A DNA stretch of 64,000 bases, from NCBI RefSeq assembly GCF_006345805.1, contig NC_042998.1:121520001-121584000 (forward strand). Reading direction: 5' to 3'. This document shows positions 13,711 through 27,423 of the stretch, in pieces. The notes under the pieces were generated by a model, which was given only the letters and a program-made list of their open reading frames with translations, was not told the DNA's origin and ran no database searches. Numbering within the stretch: position 1 is the first letter of the stretch; each line of letters opens with the position of its first letter. Origin of the DNA: Octopus sinensis. Lineage: Eukaryota. Made by a program: the position numbers and the translations under genes.

Positions 13711-13984
13711 TATATATATGTGTGTGTGTTAGTAATGCATACTAATGGCAAATGAGCGAAAACAATGTAGCACCAAATTGACCCTTTAGTCATATCAAGG
13801 ACATGTCAACCTTTCTTGTGCAGGTGCCACACTAAAATGCACCCAATACACACCATAGAGTGGTTGGAGGTAGGAAGGGCATCCCGGCATAGAAATGAAA
13901 TATACAAGTGAAATGTGGTCCTTCAACTTACCTAAGAGAGCAGCAACTGAATAAAGAACCAATTTGGTTCATGATAACCTATTC

Positions 13985-14260
13985 AGTGAAAGCTAGAATG
14001 GAAATTGGACATAGACTGGTGATAATGATGCATATGTGAAGAGTGCACTGACCTCTCCCCCCTTTTTTCTTTTTTTCTTTTTGCAGCATTCTTGAGTTGT
14101 ATTACACAACCAGTCACTTTTATTATTGCATTCACTCTATTGCTGCATCCTGCAATACATTTATCCCAGCTTATATCGTTCATTTTCATAAAACTATCAG
14201 TTAAATATGTTTTTTCCACATTGTATGCATTTCCAAACTCTCACATAAAATCAAATCTTT
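13985..14260 (-). mobile_element. hAT (Buster/Charlie-like) transposase fragment
   Basis: DSFMKMNDISWDKCIAGCS...GCVIQLKNAA...HMHHYHQ resembles the W.KC.G.C.DGA...HC..HR region. Confidence 0.55.
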
Positions 14261-14559
14261 AATTTTTTTTTCCTTTAAAGTGATTTTAAATAAAAATAAG
14301 TTAAACTACCAGTCCAGCAATGTCTATATCTCTTATCTCTTATTTGTTTCAGTCATTAGGCTGTGGCTAAAGATGACATTTCACATAACCTAACTTATTA
14401 TTTTGAAAATAGAGAATGGCAATTTTTTTTTCATAAAATATATTTTTATTCAATTTTATTGAAACATCAAGGTGACAAAACTGGCATGACTTTTCAAAGT
14501 CTTGTTCAAAGTATCAATGTAGATTTTGGCATGAGGTATCAAAGTTGTATGTGAATGAC

Positions 14560-14780
14560 AGTTGGGTGTAAAAGATTAAGGGGGAATAAAGAATAGTATC
14601 ATCTATGTGAGAGTGATGTCATCGGAGATAATGACATAGATATATTGGTAGAAGGGTGTAGATACAAGACTGAAACTTGGGGCACACCATTTCATAGAAT
14701 GTGGGTCAGCTAGTGCTCCATGAGTATACACCATGGACAGGAACCAACCAATTCAAGAGATGAAAATCAGGTAGAGCCCA
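14560..14780 (-). mobile_element. CR1-like LINE RT fragment (65-bp piece repeated at about 29659-29720)
   Basis: Degenerate GVPQGS and (Y)ADDITL regions on -; near-identical short segment at 29.7 kb. Confidence 0.5.
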
Positions 14781-15169
14781 TAGTTGTAACTGTAATTTAC
14801 AAATTGATTTACACATATTCTTATATCTCCACCTAAATTTTTGGGAATAAAATTCAGCTTTGAGAATTTTTGCCTACAGGGTTATCTAATAAGTTAAACC
14901 AGAAGTTGTTTATTCTCATGTCAGTAGTTAATGAATGAATCTATGATAAAAGATTGGTAGTCAGCCATGAACACCCAAATATCAGTTATATATGACACTG
15001 TGTGTGTGATTTAAAAAACCTCATATTTCTAGCAAACTGCACAGTCATTTAAAGCAGCTCTTGCTTAGAGAGGAAAGGGTGAAATGTCAAGTCATATGAT
15101 GTTCAAGCCTCATGATAACAGTAAAAATGAAGTTTCAATTTTCTCTGATATAAGTCAGTAATCTTTCTG

Positions 15170-16450
15170 TAGAGACACCTTTTTAAAAAACAGTAATTGG
15201 TACAAAGTCATGCATTTTTGGGGGTAGGTGGAATCAACACAGACTGTAAGAAGACAAATCTAAATGTTGCTGGCAATTTAGCATTACCATTTCTGTCAAC
15301 TATCGCCCTTGCTTGTGCTCAGTCTGGCAAAGTTGCCCCTCTCATCACTCTTGTGTGTATTGACTCTCGAGCCACTACAACACAAGCTGGAGACATTGAG
15401 GGGCATCCCACATGATCTAGGATGTGGGAGATGCATGTCAGCATTTTCTAACAACGTCACTGTAGTGGTGTTGGAGCATAAACATATGGAAATGATTGGC
15501 ATCGGTCTCAGGGACTAAGAGGCGGTATCAGGAGTGACGGTTAACCAGAAAAAATCAGTGGGCTTGTGGCTTGGCACCTGGAGAAGCAAGTCCATCCTAT
15601 CCAATTGCATCGTTGGGCACTAGATGGACAGACCGGTTAATTGCTTGTTGTTTGGTTTGGTCTGGATTTTCAGATGGACAAAAACTGGGACAAGGTAATG
15701 AAAAGGGTAATTACTCTCACCCAGAAATGGGCTGAGAGGAAGCTATCCCTGAAAGGTTGGGCAGAGGTGACTAATGCCTACATTGCATCCATCATCTACT
15801 ACTACTTGACCATCATACTTTATCTCAGCCACCATCTGATAATGTTGGAGAGTATACTCTTCCACTTTATGTGGAAGGGATGTGTAGGTATGGCTTTGGC
15901 CAGTGGCGCAAAATAAGTAGAGAGACAGACCGCGCTTAGATACCAACCAATCAAAATAGTGGATACAACAACGTTAAACTAGCCAAAGATGTTTGTAATC
16001 TCAAACGAGATCATTCTTAATATTTCTCTCAAACGGTGAAGATAGCAATGAAGATAACAATATTGCTACAGATGCATCCCAATGGTCAGGCAGTCTATCT
16101 TCTGCCAACACCCACTGCATGGTGGCTTGGACATGCCGTGGTTGATGATGTACTGAGGGTACATCTTTAGTGCTTCCTTGACAGTGAACAGGTGTGGTTA
16201 CAGTTTGCCAGATGCTTATTTCCCCAGCTGGTCTCTTTAATGAAGCTGCAGTTCTGGGTCAAACAGAGTGCTAGAGAAGGTATTTGGAAAGTGGAATGTC
16301 CTCAAGCACTCACAGCCCTCAGCCAATTGGACACTGCAATAGGTGGAATGTCCTCTTTAGCTTTTTATAAAGCATTAATGGAAGGAAAGTGCGCTGACGT
16401 TCTTGGGGAGACCTTGGCTGTTGAAGAAGATAATCTAGCCGCTTTAGGGT
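15170..16450 (+). mobile_element. Degraded Tx1/L1-clade LINE RT fragment
   Basis: VNQKKSVGLWLGTW...LLVVWFG...KNWDKV...WAERKLSLKGWAEV...IASIIYY, typical of the Tx1 RT C-terminus. Confidence 0.75.
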
Positions 16451-16949
16451 AGAGAGGGAAGTGTTGTCATTTAGCCAGTTTGCTTGAAGTGGATGCAAAG
16501 TGGCAAGAATGGTGTGAATGAATGGGCCTACCCTGAACATACACCTGTAGTTGGAGAAAAGGGAAGAAACAGAGGCACTTGCTCCAAAAGTCAAGGTACA
16601 CATGGTTTTTATGGGGGTTTTCCATGAGCAGCCCTTCAACGTCTCCTCTCTATTAAGGATTACACATTGTCGAATATTTTTTTTGTTTCATTGCTCACAC
16701 GTAAAACCCCCACAACATACACATTCTTTGTTTTTTCCTGTACTGTCCACAATGTTTTTCTTAATGTAAACCCTTTGTGGTTAATAAAGAAATCATCATC
16801 ATCATCATTATTATTATTATTATTATTTCCTTGTGGGACTAACACGTGGAACTGATAGTAATGACAATGGTGTGAGAATAGTGATTTTCTATCAATCTCT
16901 GGTATACATTTATTTCATAATTAACTGAAGGTAAGAATTGTCAAGGCAC

Positions 16950-17460
16950 AATATTTCAGCGCTCTGAATTCAACCGTTGAGTCGACTTTTCATCAACCTC
17001 AGTTTCGAAAAATTTCCTTCTCTCGGAAACGGCTGTGTTGAAGGCTCCAAAGAAGGAGAGGTCAAACTCGTTCTGCTCTTCTTAACGTACTAATCTTCCT
17101 AACAGTCATTCCAGTTCATTTTTATCCCATCACCTTTTAATATCCCAGTCCACACTTTTGACACTTTATTTACCTGGTTTCAAAAGAAAATTGACATAAG
17201 TTTTTATAATTTTGCTAAATAAAAGCGGGACAACCAGAACCATTGCTCGGAATAACAGCAAAATTCCCCCAAATACTGCCTTAAAAAGGTGTTGTCCTTG
17301 ATATTAAAAAATACAATATAATAATGGGTAGAACGTCTTCAGTAGATCTACTCTAGGCTTGGGCATCCTGATTTGTGAAGCGGGCCACACTACTAAAAAT
17401 ATTCAAGGTAATTTTTCGTTCGGCATGTCACTTAGAAAGACCCGCTGTTTCCCATTGCTG
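16950..17460 (+). promoter_or_regulatory. Probable promoter / non-coding first exon region of METTL21A
   Basis: Locally CpG-richer, non-repetitive stretch upstream of the acceptor at 17880. Candidate donor caag|GTAATT at 17408. No transcript evidence. Confidence 0.3.
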
Positions 17461-17885
17461 ACCATTGGATCTAAATAACACAGAAGAATAATTAAGTAGG
17501 GGAAGTAACCCACTTCCATTCTCCACATTGACTTATAAAAGTAACTGTCGTCGCTCAACCTGCTAGAAATAACAGCTATATCTCCCTTACTTTACATCCT
17601 ATCGTCTTCAAAAAGGAGATATTATAGGACAATGTGGTCCGGGTTAGGAATTTCTGCAATAAAAAATTAAGAAGAAAAGTTGGTCGTGACTTGAATAACT
17701 TTTGATGAAAAATAAATGTGCTCGATCGGCATCGACTTTGGGCTAAACAATAACAAAAGCCTACATAGAGACCTCCCTCGTATTTGCTAATTTGGCATGA
17801 ATACTAATGTTACATTTCTTACATTATCAGTTTGATCTAACTCATCAGATTGTTACTTGAGTTCTGAAAACTTCTTACAGTCAAC

Positions 17886-18089
17886 ATGGAAGTAGCCTAT
17901 GCAAACAAGACATCCGACAACATTCAATCGAACTGTTCGGCCACATCTCAAGCTCTGGTTCCTTACGACCATAACATTCCATTCCAACAGTTCAAGACAC
18001 CCACGCGCAGTTTCCAGTTTGTTGGACAACAACTGACTATTTTACAACAATGGGATCTGCTAGGAGTTGCAGCGGTCGTCTGGGATTCG
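17886..18089 (+). CDS. METTL21A: METTL21A-like protein-lysine methyltransferase, coding exon 1 of 3
   Basis: MEVAYANK...ALVPYD...FQFVGQQLTILQQWDLLGVAAVVWDS matches the METTL21A N-terminus (ALVPYE...LGVAAVVWDA). Acceptor ttcttacag ends at 17880, just before the ATG. Donor GTATGT at 18090, phase 0. Confidence 0.93.
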
Positions 18090-19627
18090 GTATGTAAAAT
18101 ATTCATGATTCCATTTTTATGATACATTTTTGACCAATATCTCACACACATATGCTCAGTGTCTGACGTGAGGCCCGGATAGGGACAATTATGCCTGAAT
18201 ATTCATAATGGCGGCCGGCGAAAAGGAAGGCTTGCTAAAATCAATAATAAAGGGTCAGTTTACATTATAACTCTGAGCGCATTCTAGCAATATATACCTT
18301 TCAGTCAATTTCTTTATTAACCATGAGGTTGAGAAAAAGAGGGGACGATACGAGGACAGACAAAACAAACATTGGGGTCAGGGTATCAAATGAGACGAAA
18401 CGTATGAATAAACAAACAAAATATATACAATTAAATAAGAATGAGTGATTATAGGCTCACATGGCTGAGATGTAAACGGAACCCCTCCCCCTTTAAAAAT
18501 TTACCAATTTATTTTTTAAGGAATCCTACGTCTTTTTTTTTTCAGAATCATAATCTCCATATTTTTGTACGTATGTCGCAAAAAAGAAATTTCCGGAAAA
18601 AGTGAAAAGTTGGCCAAACTAAAGCGTTTGACTCGGTCATAAAAACAAACAAAAAAAAATAGTGTAATAGGTGTAAAACAACTTCCTCTAAACGAATGTG
18701 ACCAAAAAAATGCTCTCTCGCGAAAGGGGGCTGGGGGCGAGGACTCGGAAAATTCACATCGTGAATGTTCTAGGTCTGACCCGGGCACAAAAACAACAAA
18801 GAAATTTTTTAATTCTTTAAGCAGACAGTTTGTGTTATTAGGGTGACATTTTCATTTGACACCGCTAGAAAAAAATCCCATTTTCCGTAGCGGTGTCGTA
18901 TGAAATTGTCACCCATAATTATAGCCCTAGTATCGATCTATTGCATTTCAATCTATTTTAGATTTAGGGTTAGAGTCAGGGTTAGTTAGGGGTGGGGGAA
19001 GGGTATCTTTTTTCTTCACAAATGTAAATAAACCCAATCTGTTTCTTAAAGGAGGGACATATTCATTATGCACAGAATGTTATTTACCTAAATGGACGTC
19101 AGCGATTGGTTAAAATTGCCGAAATGCTCGAAATTAAAGACGAAATATGTTACAACATATAGAATTTTCTCAATAAAGCCAAGAAAAAATGATGTTTTAT
19201 AAACACATTCTACCAGTATACGAAGTTTAAAACTTTTCAGTTACCTAGAAATTATGTTACAAAGTGCCGTTCAAAAGGAAAAGATCCAATTCTCTTTAAC
19301 ATACATTTAAATTATTATGTTATAGAAATAATTATAACCTGTGCGTTGCACATTTCTTGAGTACAAACTGCAAGTCCATGTTTTAGGTATAAACAACAAA
19401 ATTACAACTTATTATCTTCAGACCTGGCTGAAGTTTGCACCATCTCAATCAGGCGCTTCTTACCCTTGTCTCTCTTCTTTAAAAATTATGCTCAATCCTT
19501 CACTGAATGGTATCACTCTGGAGCTTCTTCTGTACTCATGTCTTTATTGCACATGTTCACTTGCAATGACTCAAGAGGAGCATTAGAACACATTGAATGG
19601 TATAATCTTTGGTACGCCACTCTCTTC

Positions 19628-19980
19628 TACTTGTTTCAGTCATTAGACTGCAGCCATGCTAGGGCTTTGCCTTAAAGGATTTTACTCAAACAAATCAACC
19701 CCAATGCTTATTTTTAAAAACTCTGGTACTTATTCTGTTGGACTTTTTTGCTGAACTGCTTAGTTACAGGGATGTAAACAAACCAATGCCAGTTGTCAAG
19801 TAGTGAGGGTGGGGTACAAAGACACACACACACATACAACAGACTTCCACAGTTTCTATCTACCAAATCCTCTTACTGGGCACTGGTCAGCCTGGGGTTA
19901 GGTAGAGTAGAAGGCACTTGCCCAAAGTGCCATGCAGTGGAACTGAACTTGAAACCATCTTAACCACACAGCCATGTCTG
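19628..19980 (-). mobile_element. CORE-type SINE copy
   Basis: Colinear with the other copies. Confidence 0.82.
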
Positions 19981-20667
19981 ACAAAAAGAAAGAAAACCAT
20001 TGAGATGGTCATGGCTCGGCCACCTTTGGTTCATAAGTTTACTTGATTTGAGCAAACTTTTTGGCTAAACCACAACATGAGAAGATCAATGTAGTCCATA
20101 GATAGCCAAACAACCTCTCTTCTTTTTGTTAGTGAGATTTTAAACACAAGGGTTACTGTTTGGGGGAGGTCATATTTCTTTACTGTTATGGATATCGCAT
20201 TTTTTTTCTGCTGACTTGTATTATATAGTCTTTGACTCAATTCAGCAGTGCCAAACCAAAAGCATAGAAACTATTATTTCACTTCAAAGGTGTTGGTTAA
20301 TGTATTGATATTGATATTAATAACTTCACCACACACACACATTCAACTCCATAATAATAATAATAATAATAACAACAACAACAGATACTAAAGATGGTGC
20401 TATGGCCTTTTCTTTGATAATATCTTGCTTATTATTCAGTTCAATGTGCACTTGCCTTGAACCAACCATTTCCTCAAGGCAGTGCCCCTGCATAGCCGCA
20501 GTCCAATGACTGAAACAAGTAAGAAGGATTTTAAAATTTAGAAAAAAATCGAAGAATAACCAAAAAATATAACCAAGGTGGTTATAAAAAAGTTTTCAGA
20601 AGATCTGGCTGTTATTTCTAGCATGTGGAGAAACGTTCTAGGCTTAACCTCATGCACTGGTTGAAAA

Positions 20668-21640
20668 TCATCATCATCATCATCATCGTTTAACATCCGC
20701 TTTCCATGCTAGCATGGGTTGGACGATTTGACTGAGGACTGGCGAACTAGATAGCTGCACCAGGCTTCAATCTTGATCTGGCAGAGTTTCTACAGCTGGA
20801 TGCCCTTCCTAACGCCAACCACCCCAAGAGTGTAGTGGGTGCTTTTACATGCCACTGGCATGGGGGCCAGTCAGGCAGTACTGGCAACGAACTCGCTTGA
20901 TTCTTTTTACACATTCCACCGGCAGAGGTGCCAGTAAGGCTATGCTGGTAATGATCATGCTCGAATGGTGTCTTTTACATGCCACCGGCATGGAGGCCAG
21001 TTAGCTGCTCTGGCAACGATCATGCTCAAATGGTGCTCTTAGCACCCTACTAGCATGGGGCTCAAGTGCCAGTAAGGCGATGCTGGTAACGATCACACTT
21101 GAATGGTGCCTTTTATGTGCCACTGGCACAGAAGCCGGTTAGCCGCTCTGTCAACGATCATACTTGTATGGTGCTCTTTGCACCTCGCTAGCACGGATGC
21201 CAGTCATCGATTTTGATTTTGATTTCACTTGCCTCAACAGGTCTTCACAAGCAGAGTTTAGTGTCCAAAGAAGGAAAAGCTACGTATAAGTGGGCTGGTT
21301 ACGCCCCTGGCATAGGCCATGAAGTTATGGTCTTATTTGGCTTGCTGGGTCTTCTCAAGCACAGCATATTTCCAAAAGTCTCAGTCACTAGTCATTTCCT
21401 TGATGTGTCCTAAGGTTTGAAGGTCGTGCTTCACCACTTCATCCCAGGTCTTCCTGGGTCTACCTCTTCCACAGGTTCCCTCAACCGCTAGGGTGTGGCA
21501 CTTTTGCATACAGCTATCCTCATCCATTCTCGCCACTTGACCATACCAGTGCAGTCGTATCTCTCGCACACCACATCTGATGCTTCTTAGGTCCAACTTT
21601 TCTCTCAAGGTACTTACTCTCTGTCGAGTATGCACACTGA
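20668..21640 (-). mobile_element. RTE-clade LINE 3' fragment
   Basis: RLHWYGQVARMDED...GRGRPRKTWDEVV plus the family 3' UTR and (GAT)n tail. Confidence 0.9.
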
Positions 21641-22636
21641 CATTAAAAATTCTGGGGCCGATACATTCGACTAAAAATTCCTCAAGTTGGTGCCCCAGCA
21701 TGGCCACAGTCTAATGACTGCAACAAGTAAAAAAGGAAGAAAAAAAACGGAAAAATATAACCAGCTTTTGTCTGGATCCCATGAATTTGGGAGACAGAAA
21801 CTGAAAGAGGCTTGTCGTATATATGTGTGTGCATGTATATATATATATATATATAATATATATATATATAATATATATATATATACACATGGGTGAGCAC
21901 ATAAATGCAAAACAAGGCGGTAAAAATAGTACTCAAATACCAAAGGTAGAGTAAAATGCTTTTATTAAAGCTGCAAAATTATCGCCAAACTATTACTTTA
22001 GTGTTCATCACAACTGTCCAACAAATAGGAACATGAAACAGTAAATTTTTGTGATAATTTTGCAGTTTTAATTAAAGTATAATATATGTGTGTATGTCTG
22101 TGTTGGTCCCCCACCACTGCTTGATAACTGGTGTTGGTGTGTTTTTGTTCCCATAACTTGGTGGTTTGGCAAATGAGACCCATAGAATAAGTACTAGGTT
22201 TTAAAAAAAAAGAGTACTAGGGCCAATTCATTCAACAAAAAAATTTTCATGCTGATGCTCCAGCATGGCCACAGTCTAATGACTGAAACAAGTAAAAGGT
22301 AAATGATTAAAGAAACATCATATATAGTGTAGATGACATCATATAGATGACACAAAGCAAATTTAATTAAAAAAACTAGATGACACAAAGCAAATTTAAT
22401 TAAAGAACTGATGAGTGACAGAAAGAAAAAAAATCAAATTGTTCAGATTAACAAAGTTGAACCAAAAGATTGTGTTATGAAATCTTTTTAAAAAGTGTTT
22501 ATATTATGATATTATGCATGCCATACAGAAAGAGTGCTGCAAGTTGCCCTTGACTGAACTGAGGCCTAGCCACTACTGTAATATTTAAGCTTCGACAACA
22601 CCTGAGCCATTTCAAAGAGTTATTAATTAACTCTAA

Positions 22637-22828
<192 letters not shown>

Positions 22829-23639
22829 TAGTTAGCAAAGCAAAGCTTTTCCCTATTGTGAGGAGTTCAATCTTGGATTGGTCCTTGTAATGCATGATCC
22901 AATTTGTGAAGATTCTGCAGTGGATTGTCTTAGTTCAGTGAGATCCAGTTTAGTGCTGAATTGTCCTGGTTAGTTGTGAACTAGTATTAGAAGACTTTAG
23001 TATTGGATTATTCTGGGCAACTACAATCCAATATGTAAGTCTGGATTGCCCTTGTTATGCTAGAGAAAGTAGATTTATAATACGGATGAATTGGTTATCA
23101 AACACAGTACACCACATAATGTTCATTGAGAAAATTAAATGTATGGTTGACATACATAATATATTGCTGACATAGAAAACATATAGCTGACACAAGCAAC
23201 TCATCACTAAAATGTAGAATGTCTGAATAACATATAGAACACGTATGTCAGTGATATGTTCCTGGTTAGTTGTATGTCAGTGATATGTTCACTGACATAT
23301 AGAACACGTTGCTGACTTACAGATCATATTGCTGACTATAAATTCCTGACATAGAATCTGTTGGTAATGTACAGAACCCAGGACTATTTTGAACATATCA
23401 TTACCGTATGGAAATATTGTTTTCTCTTCTGTGCATATTGACTTCTTATTGTTAAGGCTACAAAGATAGTGTATTAAACCACTGCAGTGTATCACTAATA
23501 TTTTGTTGGCACCTTTACAGAGGGATGTAAAACAACTTTGATTTTGAAGTGTTTGATTAAAGTGAAACCTTTATTAAATATCAAAAGACATTTTGTCTGG
23601 TACTCTTCAACTCAAACATACTGATTATAGGTTTGAGTA

Positions 23640-24330
23640 AGCTACTATCACACAGATTGTAGTTCTGCAGTACTATGTATAGAACTACTATACAGTGCAT
23701 TGTAGTACTATACTGTACTACTATATGCTGTCTCACTGTAAATATAGATATATCTCACTGTATAATACTACCATAATGTGTACAGTATTGCCATGTTGTA
23801 TATAGTATTTCTACACTATATATATATAGTACTACAACACTGTGCATAGTAGCACCATACTATATATTGTACTATCACATTATGAATAGTACAGCCATAC
23901 TGTATATAGTATTATACACAGTGTATAGTACTGTCAGACTGTGTAATACTGTACACATATGTATAACTGCCATACTATATATAGTAGATATATGTATAAC
24001 TGTCATAACTATTTAGTTCTACCACACTCTATGTAGTACTCCTACATTATACATTGTATTACCTTGCTTTATATAGTAATTCCATGCTATATATAACACT
24101 ACAATAGTACATATTGCCATACTGTATATAGAACTACAATTCTATATATTAATATCAGACTAGTATATAGTATGGCCATCCTGTATTTAGTATTGTAACA
24201 CTATATAGTACTACCATACTGTATAGTATTACAACTCTATATATTAATATCAGACTAGTATATAGTATGACCTCTCTGTATTTAGTATTGCAACACTATA
24301 TAGTACTACCATACTGTATATAGCACTGTC
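23640..24330. repeat. Degenerate AT-rich minisatellite (tatatagtactaccatactg-like units)
   Basis: Recurrent units of about 20 bp; includes a 95-bp tandem duplication 24136-24230 / 24231-24325. Confidence 0.8.
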
Positions 24331-25985
24331 ACACTTTTGTATCATTCATTCATCCTTTAACATGGTTGAACAACCAATCCCAACCAGTTGGGATTCATAG
24401 TATGGGTTGTACTATTCAGTCTTTCAATTGCTGAATGCAAAATGTGGCTCATGAGGGCTCCATTTATGTGATTTTCCCGAGTCACCATCTCACCTTTTCT
24501 ACATCAATCCTAGTGTTCAATTGGTACTTATTTTATCATCCTTGAAAGGACAAAAGGCAAAGTCAACCTCAGTGGAATTTGAGCTCAGATGGACAAATTG
24601 TCACTAAACATTTTGTCTGACATCCTAATGATTCTGCCAGCTTGCTGCCTTACTCCATACTATGCATAGAATGGAGTGTTCCATCAATTGACTCTACATA
24701 ACCTTTTCAATATGAGGGAACAGTTGCTCAACAATACACTGAGGTAATGCCAGTGTCACTGACCATCAAATGACCATTCCATTGGACATGACAGGGCTCA
24801 AATTGGTCAGTTGTATATAAAATGCCTTAAGTTATTGTATACTTCTGCTTTCTTCTTCTCCTTCAGTGTTGTTGTTGTTGCTTAGCCTCAAGTCAGCCTT
24901 GATTAAGCAAACCTATAATCAGAGGCTTTCTAGCAATGATCATCTCATCTTATTTTTGTCAGACTACATTAACCATGTGTTCTTTTATTTTTAAATGATG
25001 GTATGGTATGTGATTTGAAGAAGATTTCATTACCTTTTCTAGCTGAACGAATGACTACATAGAGATTCCTTCATTGGTTTCAGTTTTATCAGTAATGCAG
25101 GTATAATTAACAACTTTATCTAAGGACCAACAACAGCACTGGTTCAATAGTAGAGAGTCTGAAACTAAGAGCCTTTTAGTTATAGATTAATATTATGATA
25201 TCTGTAGATGGCAGAAATAGAATGATAGAATGTCAGATTAAATATCTTGTAATATTTAGTGGTACCTAAACAGTCTCTGAAACCAACAGTTAATTCAATG
25301 CTAACATGCTTATTGTAGTGGGACAAGAACTTTTAATTAAAATTACAGCTATAGTTAGAATTGGAATCAGCTTAAAGATTAAAAGACAAGGGAAACAGCT
25401 ATAACATTTAAATCAATTAAAACAAGAACACAAACCTCCACCAAAGCAACACCAATGTCCTCTCAATGATTAGCTGGAGAATAATTTTAAAATGAGAATA
25501 TCTGAAATAAACTCGACTGCTCTCACAAATGAGAACACTAAAAATGAACCCGGCTGCTCTCAAAAATTAAGTTAAAAATCCAGAATTCTTGTCTGGTACT
25601 GGATTGATCCCAAAATCTAATTCATGCCAGTCATGAGGCTAAACATGCCTGAAAGTTTCATCCAAATCCATCCAGTGGTTCTTGAGATATCTTGTCCACA
25701 GACAAACAAACAAACGCAATTGAAAACAATACCTCTGCCTTCGCTAAGGAAGAGGTAATTATGTATATGCTTGCTATGAGGAATGAATGATCTTTGGCAA
25801 GAATGCTAAGAGCATTCTGAGTTCGAATCCAGCCCTGTTTGTCATTGTCTTAAATAGAACATTTATTGTTCTGTGCTTTTAATGTTTATTAGTTGAACAG
25901 TAAAAATTATTGTTTTTAAGTAGACGTTTGGTTGAAACAAGTAAATAAATATTAATTTTTCCTTTTGTTTTTTTTTTTCTTTCAG

Positions 25986-26392
25986 GAGGTGATGTTACTG
26001 TGACAGAAAGACAATCAGCCTTGGAAAATCTGTGTGCAAATGTCAATGCCAACACTGCTGTTTATGGTAACATTTCTTTACGGGCAAAGAAACTTGATTG
26101 GACAAACAACCTCTCTGATTCTTTTATGGCTGATTATGATCTCATTGTTGGTGCTGATATCATTTATATAGAAGAGACATTCCCCCATTTACTAAAAACT
26201 CTTCTCTACTTCACAAACCGATCAGGTTCTGTGATACTACTTTCTTGTAAAATTAGATATTCTAAAGATTCCAAATTTCTAGAACAAATGAAGTGTCATT
26301 TTGAAACTGAGGAACTGTTCTATGACACAGCACGGGATATTCATATTTTTAAAGCTACCAGACTACCTTTGGGAAATAAAACACTTGTGTAA
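25986..26392 (+). CDS. METTL21A: METTL21A-like, coding exon 3 (terminal)
   Basis: Polypyrimidine tract + ttcag ending at 25985. GDVTVTERQSAL...LDW...DLIVGADIIYIEETF...VILLSCKIRY...DIHIFKA, stop TAA at 26390. Joined CDS is 723 nt = 240 aa. Confidence 0.95.
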
Positions 26393-27078
26393 GATTTTAT
26401 AAAATTCTAGTCATTGTTGTTATTGTTGAAACCTTTGGTTGAACAGACATAAATCAAAGGCCTTCAACCATGGCTATACCATTTTTTGAAATACTTAGGA
26501 CTAAATTATTCGATGTCCTTCCTTTTTTGATGACATAAAAGTGCTATTTAAGGGAAACAGCTGCTATTTCTTACAGTCAAATGATTACATAAAGGATTCT
26601 CCCATTCATTTGATGAAATTCTAGTTTTTTCTTAAATATAAAATTAAAATGCTTTTTTTTAAGAACGACTTCTTATTTTGGAATTTGGTTTTGATATTTG
26701 TGTAAAATATATCTTTTCTAAAGAAATCTGTATTAAATTGTTTCTGGTTTATGTTATTACTAGAAAACTTTACATTTTCCCACTTCTGGCTCTATAGTCT
26801 ATTCTGTTCCACCAATCCAACTTACTTGAACACTAATGCCCTGCTAAGTTCTGTGATTTAAGAAACCCAGCCAACACAACTAGAGTTAAGGCTAGTATTG
26901 TGACTGGACTGTAGAAGGTCAGATGTGTTCCACTCAAAATGTTTATATGTCGCAGCCATCTAGGGTCTGGTAAGTACTTAAGACAATGTTTGTATGAGGG
27001 GTTGTAATAAGGTTGAAATATTTGTCACTGTACTTGCCAAAGATCATCTATTCCTCATAGCAAGCATATACATAATTA

Positions 27079-27423
27079 CCTCTTCCTTAGCGAAGGCGGG
27101 GGTATTGTTTTCAGTTGCGTTTGTTTGTTGTCCGTGGACAAGATATCTCAAGAACTGCTGTATGGATTTGGATGAAACTTTCAGGCATGTTTAGCCTCAT
27201 GACTGGTATGAATTAGATTTTGGGATCAATCCTGTACCAGACAAGAATTCTGGATTTTTTACTTAATTTTTGAGAGCAGCCGGGTTCATTTTTAGTGTTC
27301 TCATTTGTGAGAGCAGTCGAGTTTATTTCAGATATTCTTATTTTAAAATGATTCTCCAGCTAATCATTGAGAGGACATTGGTGTTGCCTTGGTGGAGGTT
27401 TGTGCTCTCTGAGTGCTCTTGTT
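27079..27423 (+). mobile_element. Helentron/DINE-1-like (HINE) non-autonomous element; inverted copy at about 25423-25760
   Basis: attacctc...gaaggcgg start, (gttt)n, ttggatgaaacttt core, ggtggagg...ctctctgagtgct end. Confidence 0.65.

Noticed and set aside
17174-17300. Possible first exon of a divergent - strand gene (donor ccag|GTAAAT at 17173)
   Set aside because: No downstream - strand exons found in 1-17000, which appears to be transposon debris.
22344-22404. 28-bp direct repeat with a 33-bp period; similar short direct repeats at about 43830/44178 and 45536/45681
   Set aside because: Two-copy local duplications only; not CRISPR-like and no further structure.
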